Assembly: GCA_964016885.1 (NCBI GenBank)
Contig: OZ024742.1
Coordinates: 366,048,001-366,112,000 of the forward strand
Source: Eledone cirrhosa
Taxonomy: Eukaryota
Direction: 5' to 3'
Length of the DNA stretch: 64,000 nucleotides
A program made the translations under genes and the position numbers. The notes below the pieces were generated by a model. It was not told the origin of the DNA and made no database searches. It saw nothing but the letters and a program-made list of their open reading frames with translations. Positions 53,229 to 64,000 of this stretch are shown in pieces. Positions within the stretch are counted from its first letter, which is position 1, and each line of letters begins with the position of its first letter.

Positions 53229-53957
53229 TATGTTTACTTAATGGTATCAGTTTTAGGAAATGATATTTGTAAGAAGGAAAGCAAAATTATGTAGTTCATC
53301 AGTAGTAGAATATTAATTATAGGTTAACTAAATTAAAAATAGTATTATATTAATTTCTAAAGTGTATATTAATTAGGTTTATAATTTTTAAAGCAGAATT
53401 ATGTAGTTCATCAGTAGTAGAATATTAATTATAGGTTAACTAAATTAAAAATAATTTATAAATTAATTTCTAAAGTGTATATTAATTAGGTTTATAATAT
53501 TTAAAGGTTTTTCTCAGTTTATGATTACACAATATTATTAATTCCTGTCGCTTATTTAATAGGATATCCTTAGATTTCATTATTTCAAAAAGTTCTTGGA
53601 AACATAATCTACATTCATTTCTACTATTTTGATAAGGGGTGGCCCTTTTGAGCACACTCCAGGTCAGGTCATATTCTATATTCCTCTTTCTATAACTATT
53701 TATTATTTCAGCTAGAGATGTTGTATTAGCTAGTGCAGCATTTTTAAAACTATGTTTGTGGGTATTAAATCTTACCTTAAATTTGTTAGAGGTAGCTCCT
53801 GATAGTTTGTATAAATATTGTACATAGATCTATAGAATATGCATACCAACTCTAACACACATATATATCCTAGAAACGATCGTAAAATGATGAATTTTTT
53901 TAATATAAGGAACTGTTTCTTTGTTTATTCATTATTTTATTAATTTATATATAAATA

Positions 53958-55432
53958 TATCATCATCATCATCATCATCATTTTACGTCCGCTTTTCCCT
54001 GCTTGCAAGGGTGGGACGGGTCTTATTCAGCACAGCATCTCTCCACTCGTCACGGTCCCTCGTCATCTCCACCGTGAGCTTCAATGATCTGAGGTCTGTT
54101 CTCACCACCTCCGCCCATGTTTTTCGTGGTCTACCTCTACCACGTCTTCCTTCAACTGGCATTTCCTGGCACTTCTTCACCCATCGGTCATCCTCCATGC
54201 GCATCACATGTCCATACCACCTCAGTCTCCTCTCCCGTACACTACATTCTATCCCTCTCAGACACAGTTTCTCTCTCAACACATTTATGCTGGGTCGTTC
54301 ACGCACATTTACACTGCACATCCAACGGAGCATGCTTGCCTCATTTCTCTCCAGCCGTCGCATATCTTCTGCGGTAGCTGCCCATGTCTCACTACCATGC
54401 AGCATCGCGCTCCTCACACAGGCATCATACAACCGGCCTTTCGTACGCAGGGAGAACCCTTCTTCGTCAACAGAGGAAGCAGCTCCCTAAACTTCTTCCA
54501 ACCCGTCCTTATTCTAGATACTATGGCCTCGGAACACCCTCCTCCCATGCTAATCTGATCTCCTAGGTACCGGAAGCTATCCACCACTTCTATAGCGCCC
54601 TCTCGCATTTGAAAAATGTGTCTATCAGTGCGACTTCTACTGTCTAATTTCCCTGTACATCTATTGCATACATATTTCTCCCTACCTGTTAGTTTGCCTG
54701 CTATCCCGCTACATCTCTTGTGTACCCAGGACCTACATTGTGTGCATTTTATAGAATTTATGCCAGTTCCTTTTCTGCATATCGAACATGGCCATTTCCC
54801 TGACGGAATCAGGGTTTTGTCCTCTTTTCTACTCATCAACACTTTTGTCTTAGCTAGATTTACTCTCAGTCCTCTTGCTTCCAACTGCTGTTTCCATAGC
54901 CGGAATTTATTCTCTAGCTCCTCTACTGCCATAAGAGCCAGATCGTCAGCATAGAGAAGTTCCCATGGACAGCCAGTCTTAAACTCCTCTGTTATGGCTT
55001 GGAGGACTATAATGAACAAGAGCGGGCTGAGGACCGAACCCTGATGTACTCCTACTTGTATCTGGAATTCCTCACTAAACTCCATTCCTACCCTGACTTT
55101 ACTGAGAGTACCTCTGTACAAAGTTTGCACTGTCCTTACAAGCCATTCCTCAACACCCAGCTTCCTTAGGGACCACCAGATGACAGATCGGGGTACCCTA
55201 TCAAAGGCCTTCTCTAGGTCAACAAAGGCTAAGTATAGTGGCTTATTCTTCTCTAAGAACCTCTCTTGCATTTGTCTCACCAAGAAGAGGGCATCTGTTG
55301 TACTCTTCCCAGGCACAAAACCAAACTGCATCTCATCTAGTTTGACCCTTTCTCTAATTAGTTGTGCTAAAATCCTTTCTGCCACTTTCATAACCTGATC
55401 TATCAGTTTTATACCCCTATAATTGCTCCTAT
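53958..55432 (-). mobile_element. RTE-clade LINE, 5'-truncated, RT with embedded Cys-rich finger, one frameshift near 54450
   Basis: QFGFVPGKSTTDA, FVDLEKAFDRVP, GVHQGSVLSPLLF, LLYADD, CSIC..CTQC..WVHKRC..CNRC. Ends GCAAGCAGGGAAAAGCGGACGTAAAA(TGA)n. Confidence 0.95.
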
Positions 55433-55506
55433 CTATATAACCATAACCAATGCATCTGTCTAACCCATGCTAGCGTAGGAAAATGGACGTTACACAGAGA
55501 CGATGA

Positions 55507-55542
<36 letters not shown>

Positions 55543-56124
55543 TTAACGTTTTACGTCCATTCTTCCACGCTAGCATGGGTTAGACAAGTTGTCCTGTTCT
55601 ACCTAATGCTAGGTCAGGTGACCATGTTTGTTCATACAAGAGTGATTTTGGCTGGGTTTCTACAGCTGAGTGTCATTCCTAATCCCAACTTCATTTACAG
55701 TGAGTATTGGATGCTTTTTACCATGACACCGACACAACCACTTTATAGTGTGGTCTGGGTGCTTTTTGTCATGACACCTCCATGACCACTTTACATGTAT
55801 ATATGCTTCAGCTTCGACTTGTGCCTGCAGGACGTCTGGTCTTCTGTATTAGTGTGTAACACCGGAGATCTTGGCCCTGTGTTATCGCCTTTGAGAGGTG
55901 CAATTGAGTAAGGTCAGCTTTTTTTCACCTCATCCCAAGTCTTCCTGAGTCTCCCCACACCAAGGCTTCCAGGAACTTTGAGTGCTCTGTACCTTTTTAT
56001 GCAGCTGTCATCCTTCATACACATCACATGTCCATATCAACGTAACCCCCTGCACACAGCATTTCATTCCTCTTATGCCTAGTCCCACTCTCAGTTTATG
56101 CTTTGCTGATATACATATACACAG

Positions 56125-57068
56125 TAGAGGAGCTAGAGAACTGTTGCTATGGAAACATCAGTTGGAATCAAGAGGACTGAGAGTGAACATAACTAAGACA
56201 AAAGTGTTGATAAGTAGAAGAGAGGACAAAACTCTGATTCCATCAGGGAAATGGCCATGTTCGATATGTAGAAAAGGAACTGGCATAAATTCTATAAAAT
56301 GTACACAATGAAGATCTTCAGTACACAAAAGATGTAGTGGGATAGCAGGCAAACTAACAGGTAGAGAGAAATACGTATGCAGTAGATGTACAGGGAAAGT
56401 TGGCAGAAGTATTCGCAGTGATAGGCACATTTTTCCAATGCAGGTGGGTTCTATAGAGGTGGTTGATAGCTCCTGGTACCTAGGTGATCAGATTAGCATG
56501 GGAGGGGGGTGTTCTGAAGCCATAGTATCTAGAATAAGGACGGGTTGGAAGAAGTTTAGGGAGCTGCTTCCTCTGTTGACAAAGAAGGGTTTTCCCCTGC
56601 GTTCAAAAAGCCGATTATATGATGCCTGCGTGAGATGAGCGATGCTGCATGGTAGTGAGACATGGGCAGCAACTGCAAAGGATATGCGACGGCTGGAGAG
56701 AAATGAAGCAAGTATGCTCCATTGGATGTGCAGTGTAAATGTGCGTGAACGACCATGCATAGATGAGTTGAGGGAGAAAGTGGGTATAAGAGGGATAAGT
56801 TGTGGTATGCGGGAGAGAAGACTGCGATGGTATGGGCATGTGATGTGCATGGAGGATGACTGCTGGGTAAAGAATTGCCAAGAAATCCCAGTAGAAGGAA
56901 GACGCAGTAGAGGAAGACCACAAAAACATGGGTGGAGTTGGTGAGAGCAGACCTCAGATCACTGAAACTCACGGAGAAGATAAACAAAGGACTGTGACAA
57001 GTAGAGAGATGCTGTGCTGAATAGGACCCACCCTTGTAAGCAGGGAAAAGAGGATGTATGATGATGAT
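56125..57068 (+). mobile_element. RTE-clade LINE, degenerate copy of the same family, inverted relative to 53958-55432
   Basis: Same peptides (KTLIPSGKWPCSICRKGTG, MLHGSETWAATA, RRLRWYGHV) with premature stops. Confidence 0.92.
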
Positions 57069-57262
57069 ACATACACATATATATATATGTGCATACACAC
57101 ATACACACACTGAATTGGGTGTTTTAAATACAATTGTACATAAAAGCTAGAAACATTAACTGAATGAGTGCTCAATTCATGTGAGCAGAGTCTATAATGT
57201 AGTCTCTGATGAGAAAAATGACAGATTTCAAAACTTCAGCTATTGCTTCATATATATATCAA

Positions 57263-57686
57263 GGTGCATGGCTTAGTGGTTAGAGGATTGGGCTTGCAAT
57301 CAAAAGGTTGTGAGTTCAATTCTCGGACCTGGTGATGTGTTGTTTCCTTGAGCAAGACACTTTATTTCACATTGCTCCAGTTTACTCAGCTGTAGAAATG
57401 AGATGATAGGACCGGGGTCCCTATCATTCCACTGCAAAGTGGTCGTGGAGGTGCCACAGCAAAAAAGCACCCAGTCCACACTGTAAAGTGGACGTGGAGA
57501 CACCACGGAAAAAAAGCATCCAGCCCACACTGTAAATGAAGTTGGTGTTAGGAAGTACATCCAGCTGTAGAAATCAAGCCAGAATCAGTTCCCGTATGAG
57601 CTAGAGAGGGTCAGCCGACCGGACACTGCCCACAACAGGACAAGTCCCACCCTTGCAAGCAGGGAAAAGCGGACGTAAAATGATGA
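57263..57686 (+). mobile_element. tRNA-derived SINE, family B, with RTE-identical 3' tail
   Basis: A box TGGCTTAGTGG, B box GAGTTCAATTCTC, central CCTTGAGCAAGACACTTTA, tail CCCACCCTTGCAAGCAGGGAAAAGCGGACGTAAAATGATG. Confidence 0.9.
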
Positions 57687-57693
57687 AATATAT

Positions 57694-57812
57694 ATATACG
57701 GCCTTATCATGATGAAAACACTGGTTCTCGTCCGATCACCGAAGTTAAGCAACGTCGAGCCCAGCTAGTACTTAGATGGGTGACCGCATGGGAACCCTAG
57801 GTGCTGTAAGCA
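57694..57812 (+). pseudogene. 5S: Full-length 5S rRNA retrocopy (fused to an RTE-type tail ending ~57870)
   Basis: TACGGCC.TA.CA.G.TGAAAACAC.GGTTCTCGTCCGATCACCGAAGTTAAGCAACGTCGAGCCC.G.TAGTACTT.GATGGGTGACCGC.TGGGAA...GGTGCTGTA; 119 nt with several substitutions. Confidence 0.93.
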
Positions 57813-57869
57813 TTTACTTTTGTCTAACCCATGCTAGCGTGGAAGATAGATATTAAACGATGATGATGA

Positions 57870-57900
<31 letters not shown>

Positions 57901-58359
57901 GTGTGTACAACAATAATGCAGATGTTCTTTACTCTCTACCTTTTCCCCAGTTTCTCTTTTACTCTCATCAGTCAACTTTCTCCTCTCCACCGTCATCTCT
58001 TCCTTCTTTCTCCATCTTCTACTACACAACACATTATGACTACTAAATGTTAAACTAATATACCATAATTGTATTGACTTTTCTTAAACAGACAGATATA
58101 TATATATATAGAGAGACAGGCAGGGAGATAGTTAGATAGTCTGATAGACACATAGATAGATATATAGATAGACAGACAGATATATATATAAGTATATTTA
58201 TAATACATTCAAATATAATATAATCTACTTTTAAAAGATTTCGAGTGTAAAAAGTAAATACATTTCATTGTGAGCTTGATGAATTGGATTTAGTAAGGTT
58301 TCTGGCGACAAAAGATAAAATATTGAATCTAGAATTGAAGTATAGACATTAGATAGGTG

Positions 58360-58404
<45 letters not shown>

Positions 58405-58787
58405 TGTGTGTGTGTGTGTGTGTGTTATATATATACACATAAGATATGTGGTATTGAAATAACTGTCACTGCAGATGACACGCTGGCTGGAATATGAATA
58501 TTTTTGTGTAATTGTGTAAGGTGTATATGTGTATAATTACACACTGACACTACACATACATACACACTGACAGAAAATGATTGATTAAAATCAAGTATAG
58601 ATGACGATCAGATTATATTGAGACACAACAGCAGCAGCAATAACAACAACAAGTATTTTAACCTTTTCATTACCATATTTCTTATAAAAGACATGGTAAT
58701 GATTTTCAAATCATTTTGAAATTAATCAAGAATTTGGAGGGATCATCACCATCATCATTGCCACAAGATGTCACTTGAGGCTACAGT

Positions 58788-60020
58788 AAAGAGACATGCC
58801 CCAGGTTCCCTTGCTACAGTAAAGAGACTTGCCCCAGGTTCACTTGAGGCTACAGTAAAGAGACTTGACCCAGGTTCACTTGCAACAGTAAAGAGACTTG
58901 CCCCAGGTGTTACTTGCTACAGTAAAGAGACTTGCCCCAGGTGTCACTTGAGGCTACAGTAAAGAGACTTGCCCCAGGTGTTACTTGAGGCTACAGTAAA
59001 GATACTTGCCCCAGGTGTTACTTGAGGCTACAGTAAAGATACTTGCCCCAGGTTCACTTGCTACAGTAAAGAGACTTGCCCCAGGTGTCACTTGAGGCTT
59101 CAGTAAAGAGACTTGCACCAGGTGTCACTTGAGGCTACAGTAAAGAAACTTGCGCCAGGTGTTGCTTGCTACAGTAAAGAGACTTGCCCAAGGTGTTGCT
59201 TGCTACAGTAAAGAGACTTGCCCCAGGTGTTACTTGAGGCTACAGTAAAGAGACTTGCCCAAGGTGTTGCTTGCTACAGTAAAGAGACTTGCCCCAGGTG
59301 TTACTTGAGGCTACAGTAAAGAGACTTACCCCAGGTTCACTTGCCCCAGGTGTTGCTTCAGGCTACAGTAAGGGAGACTTGCCCCATGTGTCACTTGAGG
59401 CTACAGTAAAGAGACTTGCCCCAGGTGTCACTTGAGGCTACAGTAAAGAAACTTGCGCCAGGTGTTGCTTGCTACAGTAAAGAGACTTGCCCAAGGTGTT
59501 GCTTGCTACAGTAAAGAGACTTGCCCAAGGTGTCGCTTGAGGCTACAGTAAAGAGACTTGCCCCAGGTGTCACTTGAGGCTACAGTAAAGAGACTTGCTA
59601 CAGTAAAGAGACTTGCCCCAGGTGTCACTTGAGGCTACAGTAAAGAGACTTGCCCCAGGTGTCATTTGAGGCTACAGTAAAGAGACTTGCTCCAGGTGTC
59701 ACTTGAGGCTACAGTAAAGAGACTTGCCCAAGGTGTCACTTGAGGCTACAGTAAAGAGACTTGCCCAAGGTGTTGCTTGCTACAGTAAAGAGACTTGCCC
59801 AAGGTGTCACTTGAGGCTACAGTAAAGAGACTTGCCCAAGGTGTTGCTTGCTACAGTAAAGAGACTTGCCCAAGGTGTCACTTGAGGCTACAGTAAAGAA
59901 ACTTGCCCAAGGTGTTGCTTGCTACAGTAAAGAGACTTGCCCAAGGTGTCACTTGAGGCTACAGTAAAGAAACTTGCCCAAGGTGTTGCTTGCTACAGTA
60001 AAGAGACTTGCCCAAGGTGT
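58788..60020. repeat. Minisatellite GCTACAGTAAAGAGACTTGCCC(C/A)AGGTGT(C/T)ACTT(GAG), units ~33-37 bp
   Basis: Direct reading. Confidence 0.96.
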
Positions 60021-60368
60021 CAGGTGTTAGGCTCAAACCTGGGACCTCCTGATTGCAAAGCTAATATGTAAACCACTCAGACATGTTTGTATCACTCAAC
60101 AACATTGGAAGGAAGGAATGATGAGAGCAGAGAAACAATATTTCTATTGATCTTTCCATTACTGATGTTATTTGTTGGTTGTAACTCCTGACAGAGGGAG
60201 GCCACATGAAGTATTTTGCTCAAGAACATGTGTGGTCTAGGGATGACCCCTGTCCTTAAGATTGAGAGTTCAACATCCTAACCACTAGGGCATGAGCCCT
60301 GGGATGAACCAAGACACTATAAGAGAAAAGAAGAAAGTTGTTGAGTGTGGGTGTGAAATCATACTTAC

Positions 60369-60461
60369 CATGGATAGTACACCAGCACTACAATGTTTTA
60401 AGGTGAAGTTTTCATCAGCAAACACATTACCAAATATACTCATTACTCCAGTACCATCACC
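60369..60461 (-). CDS. PPIH: Cyclophilin H coding exon
   Basis: GDGTGVMSIFGNVFADENFTLKHCSAGVLSM; TTCAG / GTAAGT; 93 nt. Confidence 0.96.
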
Positions 60462-61024
60462 CTGAAATATCAAGTAATGGTGAGTGTGAGAGTGGGGGAG
60501 GGAAGAGAGAGTGGTGGTAATAATTATAATGATGAGAGATTTTATATTTGTGAGAGGGCACCAAAGTAAGGAGCCTACAAAATAAGAGAAATAAGTTGTG
60601 TGACTACGGTACAGAGGCTGAAAACACTGATTTATAATAATTATACACATATATATAATAAAGGTTTGTGATGTAGGAACAAGGCCAGCAATTTTGGGTG
60701 CAGAGAAAGTCGATGAAATCAACCTTAGCACATTACAGGTACTTTATTTTATCAACCCAGTAAGAATGAGAGGCAAAGCTAACTTCAGCAGGATTTGGAC
60801 TGACCCTAAACAGCAATAACTATATACCACAAATCATGTTGTCTGATGCTCCACCAATCCACTCAGGTATCAAAGTATCATCATTAAGTTTATTCAGGTG
60901 TGAGATATTTCACTGATCAGCTCAACGCACAAATCATTACAGTATATATATATAAATCCATGCTAGCGTGGAAGATAGACGTTAAACAATAACGATGATG
61001 ATGATGATATATATATATTATAGA

Positions 61025-61310
61025 TAACGAGGAATCAGTGATGCATCAAAACCCAATTTATTAACATATTACATGTTTCTCCGACGATCAGCTCAAGGTA
61101 AGATCTATATAACAGATCGAACCTGACTCTGCATTCAGATCAAATGGTTTCAATCGGATGAAGTGCGTTGAAAGCGCAAAACATATCTGAGGACCTTGCG
61201 AATGCAGAGTCAGGTTTGATCTGTTATAGATCCTACCTTGAGCTGATCGTCGGAGAAACATATGTAATATGTTAATAAATTGTGTTTTGATGCATCACTA
61301 ACCCCTCGTT
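61025..61310. repeat. Fold-back element with ~110-bp inverted arms
   Basis: 61025-61136 is the reverse complement of 61200-61310; adjacent to (TA)n. Confidence 0.88.
61180..61273 (+). ncRNA. Type I hammerhead ribozyme motif with ~61-nt stem II region
   Basis: Stem I AACATAT/ATATGTT (7 bp), CTGAGGA (61187-61193), GAAAC (61255-61259), palindromic stem III ACATATGT, cleavage triplet GTA. Confidence 0.65.
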
Positions 61311-61520
61311 TCTATAATATACTCTGCTCTGCGCGAGCATCGAGTGCTCAACCGGCATACTACCTACAGACGCCTTTATTGCAACCATACAACTATATAT
61401 ACATATGCAGACAGACATTTTTAGTAGTGACAAATGTGAGAATGAATACTCAATATGATGGATGAAATTAAAGTTACAAACAAATTTTTTAATGATAATA
61501 AAGAAGTTATTGAAACTTAC

Positions 61521-61563
61521 ATTGACAAAATCCCCTCCTTGGACCATGAAATCTTTGATAACT
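61521..61563 (-). CDS. PPIH: Cyclophilin H coding exon
   Basis: (R)VIKDFMVQGGDFVN; TGCAG / GTAAGT; 43 nt. Confidence 0.95.
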
Positions 61564-62025
61564 CTGCACGGTTAAGAAGAAAAAATTGTTCTTTGTTTTA
61601 AATGAAGGATATACAATTTCTTTATAGATATATAATTTTTGCCCTTCACTCCCAGCTTCTTATGACATGGTCACATGAGGTAATTGCCATGGTGTCCACT
61701 AGATCTAGGGACTAATATTAATCTATGTATGATGTGAATGTAGGGGTCCTTCCCCCAGGGACCTACTGGATCTAGGAGTGCAATATTAATCTATCTAAGC
61801 TGTGGTTATATTAGGGCTCCATTGTTGTGTATGGAGGTAGACTTGATCTGTGGTCCACCAAAGTGATGATCAGGGGTGGAGGGGGATGTCTAATATTAAG
61901 ACAACACTGCCCTCATTGGCAAAAAGTAAATAAACTGGTGGATTATTCCACATGTCTTCTCTGTGTAAAGAAAACATGAGATTAATCAATGTGGTACATA
62001 TGACAAGGCTAGACCTTTAAATAAT

Positions 62026-62885
62026 GGAGGCACATGGCTTAGTGGTTAGAGCATTGGCCTTGCAATCGAAAGGTTGTGAGTTCAATTCTCAGACCGGGTG
62101 ATGTGTTGTTTCCTTGAGCAAGACACTTTATTTCACATTGCTCTAGCTTACTCAGCTGTAGAAATGAGATGATAGGGACTGGGGTCCATATCATTCCACT
62201 GTAGAGTGGTCGTAGAGGTGCCACGGCAAAAAAGCACCCAGCACTCACTGTAAGTGAGGTTGGTGTTAGGAAGGGCATCCAAGCAGGGAAAAAGTGGACG
62301 TAAAATGAAATGATGATGATGATCCAGTCCACTCTGTAAAGTGGTTGTGTTGGTGACATGACAACAAATGCCCAGTCCAACCCGTAAAGTGGTTGTGTTG
62401 GTGACATGACAACAAGTGCCCAGTCCAACCTATAAAGAGCTTGTGTTGGTGACATGACAAAAAGTGCCCAGTCAAACCTGTAAAGTGGTTGTGTTGGTGA
62501 CATGACAAAAAGTGCCCAGTCCAACCTGTAGAGTGGTTGTGTTCGTGACATGACAAAAAGTGCCCAGTCCAACCTGTAAAGTGGTTATGTTGGTGACATG
62601 ACAAAAAGTGCCCAGTCCACCTGTAGATTGGTTGTGTTGGTGACATGACAAAAAGTGCCCAGTCCACCTGTAGAGTGGTTGTGTTGGTGACATGCTAAAA
62701 ACCACCCAGTCCATGCTGTAAATGTGGTTTGCATTAGAGACGGCATCCAGCCATAGAAACCAAACCAGAATCAGTTCTGTATGAGCAAGACATGGTCACC
62801 TGATCTGACTTGTCTCACAATGACAGGTCAACTCGTGTAACCCATGCTGGCAAGGAAAATAAACATTAAACGATGATGATGATGG
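62026..62885 (+). mobile_element. SINE family B copy followed by a ~49-bp tandem expansion of a SINE-internal segment (62325-62720) and a second RTE-type tail
   Basis: Head as at 57263. Unit CCAGTCCAACCTGTAAAGTGGTTGTGTTGGTGACATGACAAAAAGTGC resembles the SINE segment CCCAGTCCACACTGTAAAGTGG. Confidence 0.85.
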
Positions 62886-62914
62886 TGAAGCTAAACAGAA
62901 TTAAAACGACCTAC

Positions 62915-62983
62915 CTGTGGAATGTTGAGCCTCTGTAACCAACAGGTACTCCATCTTTTCTATATTCACCTGTGCAGAATTGT
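62915..62983 (-). CDS. PPIH: Cyclophilin H coding exon (most 5' exon found; earlier exons presumably lie beyond the window)
   Basis: (R)[22 protein letters not shown](R); TTCAG / GTAGGT; 69 nt. Confidence 0.95.
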
Positions 62984-64000
62984 CTGAAATACAACAGATT
63001 AAACTTAAATACTTCTCATACCATATCACCTGGAACCAACACTCGTTCTATGATACAAAACTATTTGTTGTAGGTGTTTAAATTTATCTAAAAAAAACCT
63101 TCCATTAGAATTCTTTGTTCCAAACACCAGAGAAATGAGAAATTTAGTTATATTAGAAAATTTGTCCATATTCTTCATTATTTTCAAAATGCAAAACAGT
63201 TAATTCTAAAATATTTACATTAATCTAAAATCCTTCATTCATAATTTTCTGTAAGAACCTTCATTGAGTTATGTTCCAAACAGATGAATAATGAGAAAGT
63301 TAGTTATATTATTAAAAAATCAATCAGTGTCTTTCATTAGAAATATGGTAATGAAAGGGTTAATATATCAACATATTTTCTATATTTACCTGTACAGTAC
63401 ACTCTGTAAGGTGGACACAACATACTCTCTTTACAACCATAAAGTTCCAGGTTCAATCCCACTGTACGACATCTTAACCAAATGTTATTTACCATAACAT
63501 TTGGTTGACCTTTAGGAGATTAGTATCGGTGTACATATAAAATTATTACAAAAGACAATAAATGCCGGTGTGTGTTGTGATAATGTTTTTACTTCATAGA
63601 AGTCAAAGGGATTAATATAAATGAATCATTACCCGTGGATCACAACTCCTAGGCTGAAGTGTGTAGAGAAGAACAGAGATCTTCTCTAGGAGGTGTTAAC
63701 ATCTTCTTAGGTTCTTAGGCTGCCGGTTGCATTCTTCTTGGTGGCGAAGGATTATGAGAAAGGAATCATCTCATGCTAAGGTCGCAGGTGTTACCACTTT
63801 GGAATTCAGGAGGCGAGAGAGAGAGATCGTCCTAACCTGTTCCTTTTATAGGGTCTGACCGGAAGTGACCAACAGGGAGTCTGTCACCCCCAAAGGGAAG
63901 CAACTCCAGCTACTTCCTGTCTAGAGAGCGGTGATGAGATTGTCTTGACACTGTATGTGTGTAGACAGAAACTGTTTAGAAGCCCATTAGATAGACTGTA

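Larger units (their letters stand above)
50607..53947. repeat. ~150-bp inverted repeat pair (50607-50755 / 53799-53947) enclosing later RTE and SINE insertions
   Basis: The arms are near-perfect reverse complements and contain the 3' half of the hammerhead. Confidence 0.85.

Noticed and set aside
57263-57335. tRNA-Cys gene
   Set aside because: SINE head without a proper acceptor stem, continuing into the SINE body; several copies in the window.
63573-63950. Possible solo LTR (TG...CA ends, minus-strand TATAAAA)
   Set aside because: No matching TSD and no second copy in the window.

Overview
Eukaryotic, repeat-rich animal DNA. A coleoid cephalopod such as Octopus is inferred from the long divergent 28S, the tRNA-SINE/RTE repertoire and the microsatellite density. 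Positions 1-~5790 are the 3' part of a 28S rRNA gene. It is interrupted exactly at the R2 retrotransposon site by a 1366-bp ORF-less insertion (3109-4474) that carries its own diverged copy of the 28S target; this is the most interesting object in the window. About 1.1 kb of intergenic spacer follows, and the rDNA unit then ends against a 27/36-bp satellite. Next come a 5'-truncated Penelope-like element (RT + GIY-YIG, Naiad-like), several fold-back elements in (TA)n tracts, a non-autonomous Helitron, a complete ORF-less LTR element with a tRNA-Trp PBS, and RTE and CRE fragments. The right half holds five minus-strand coding exons of cyclophilin H (PPIH). Its introns contain an 11.5-kb (ACC)n satellite, RTE LINEs, SINEs, a 5S rRNA-RTE-tail chimera and type I hammerhead ribozyme motifs with unusually long stem II. 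The giant His/Thr/Pro/Val ORFs are satellite artefacts. All assignments come from manual reading; no searches were run.
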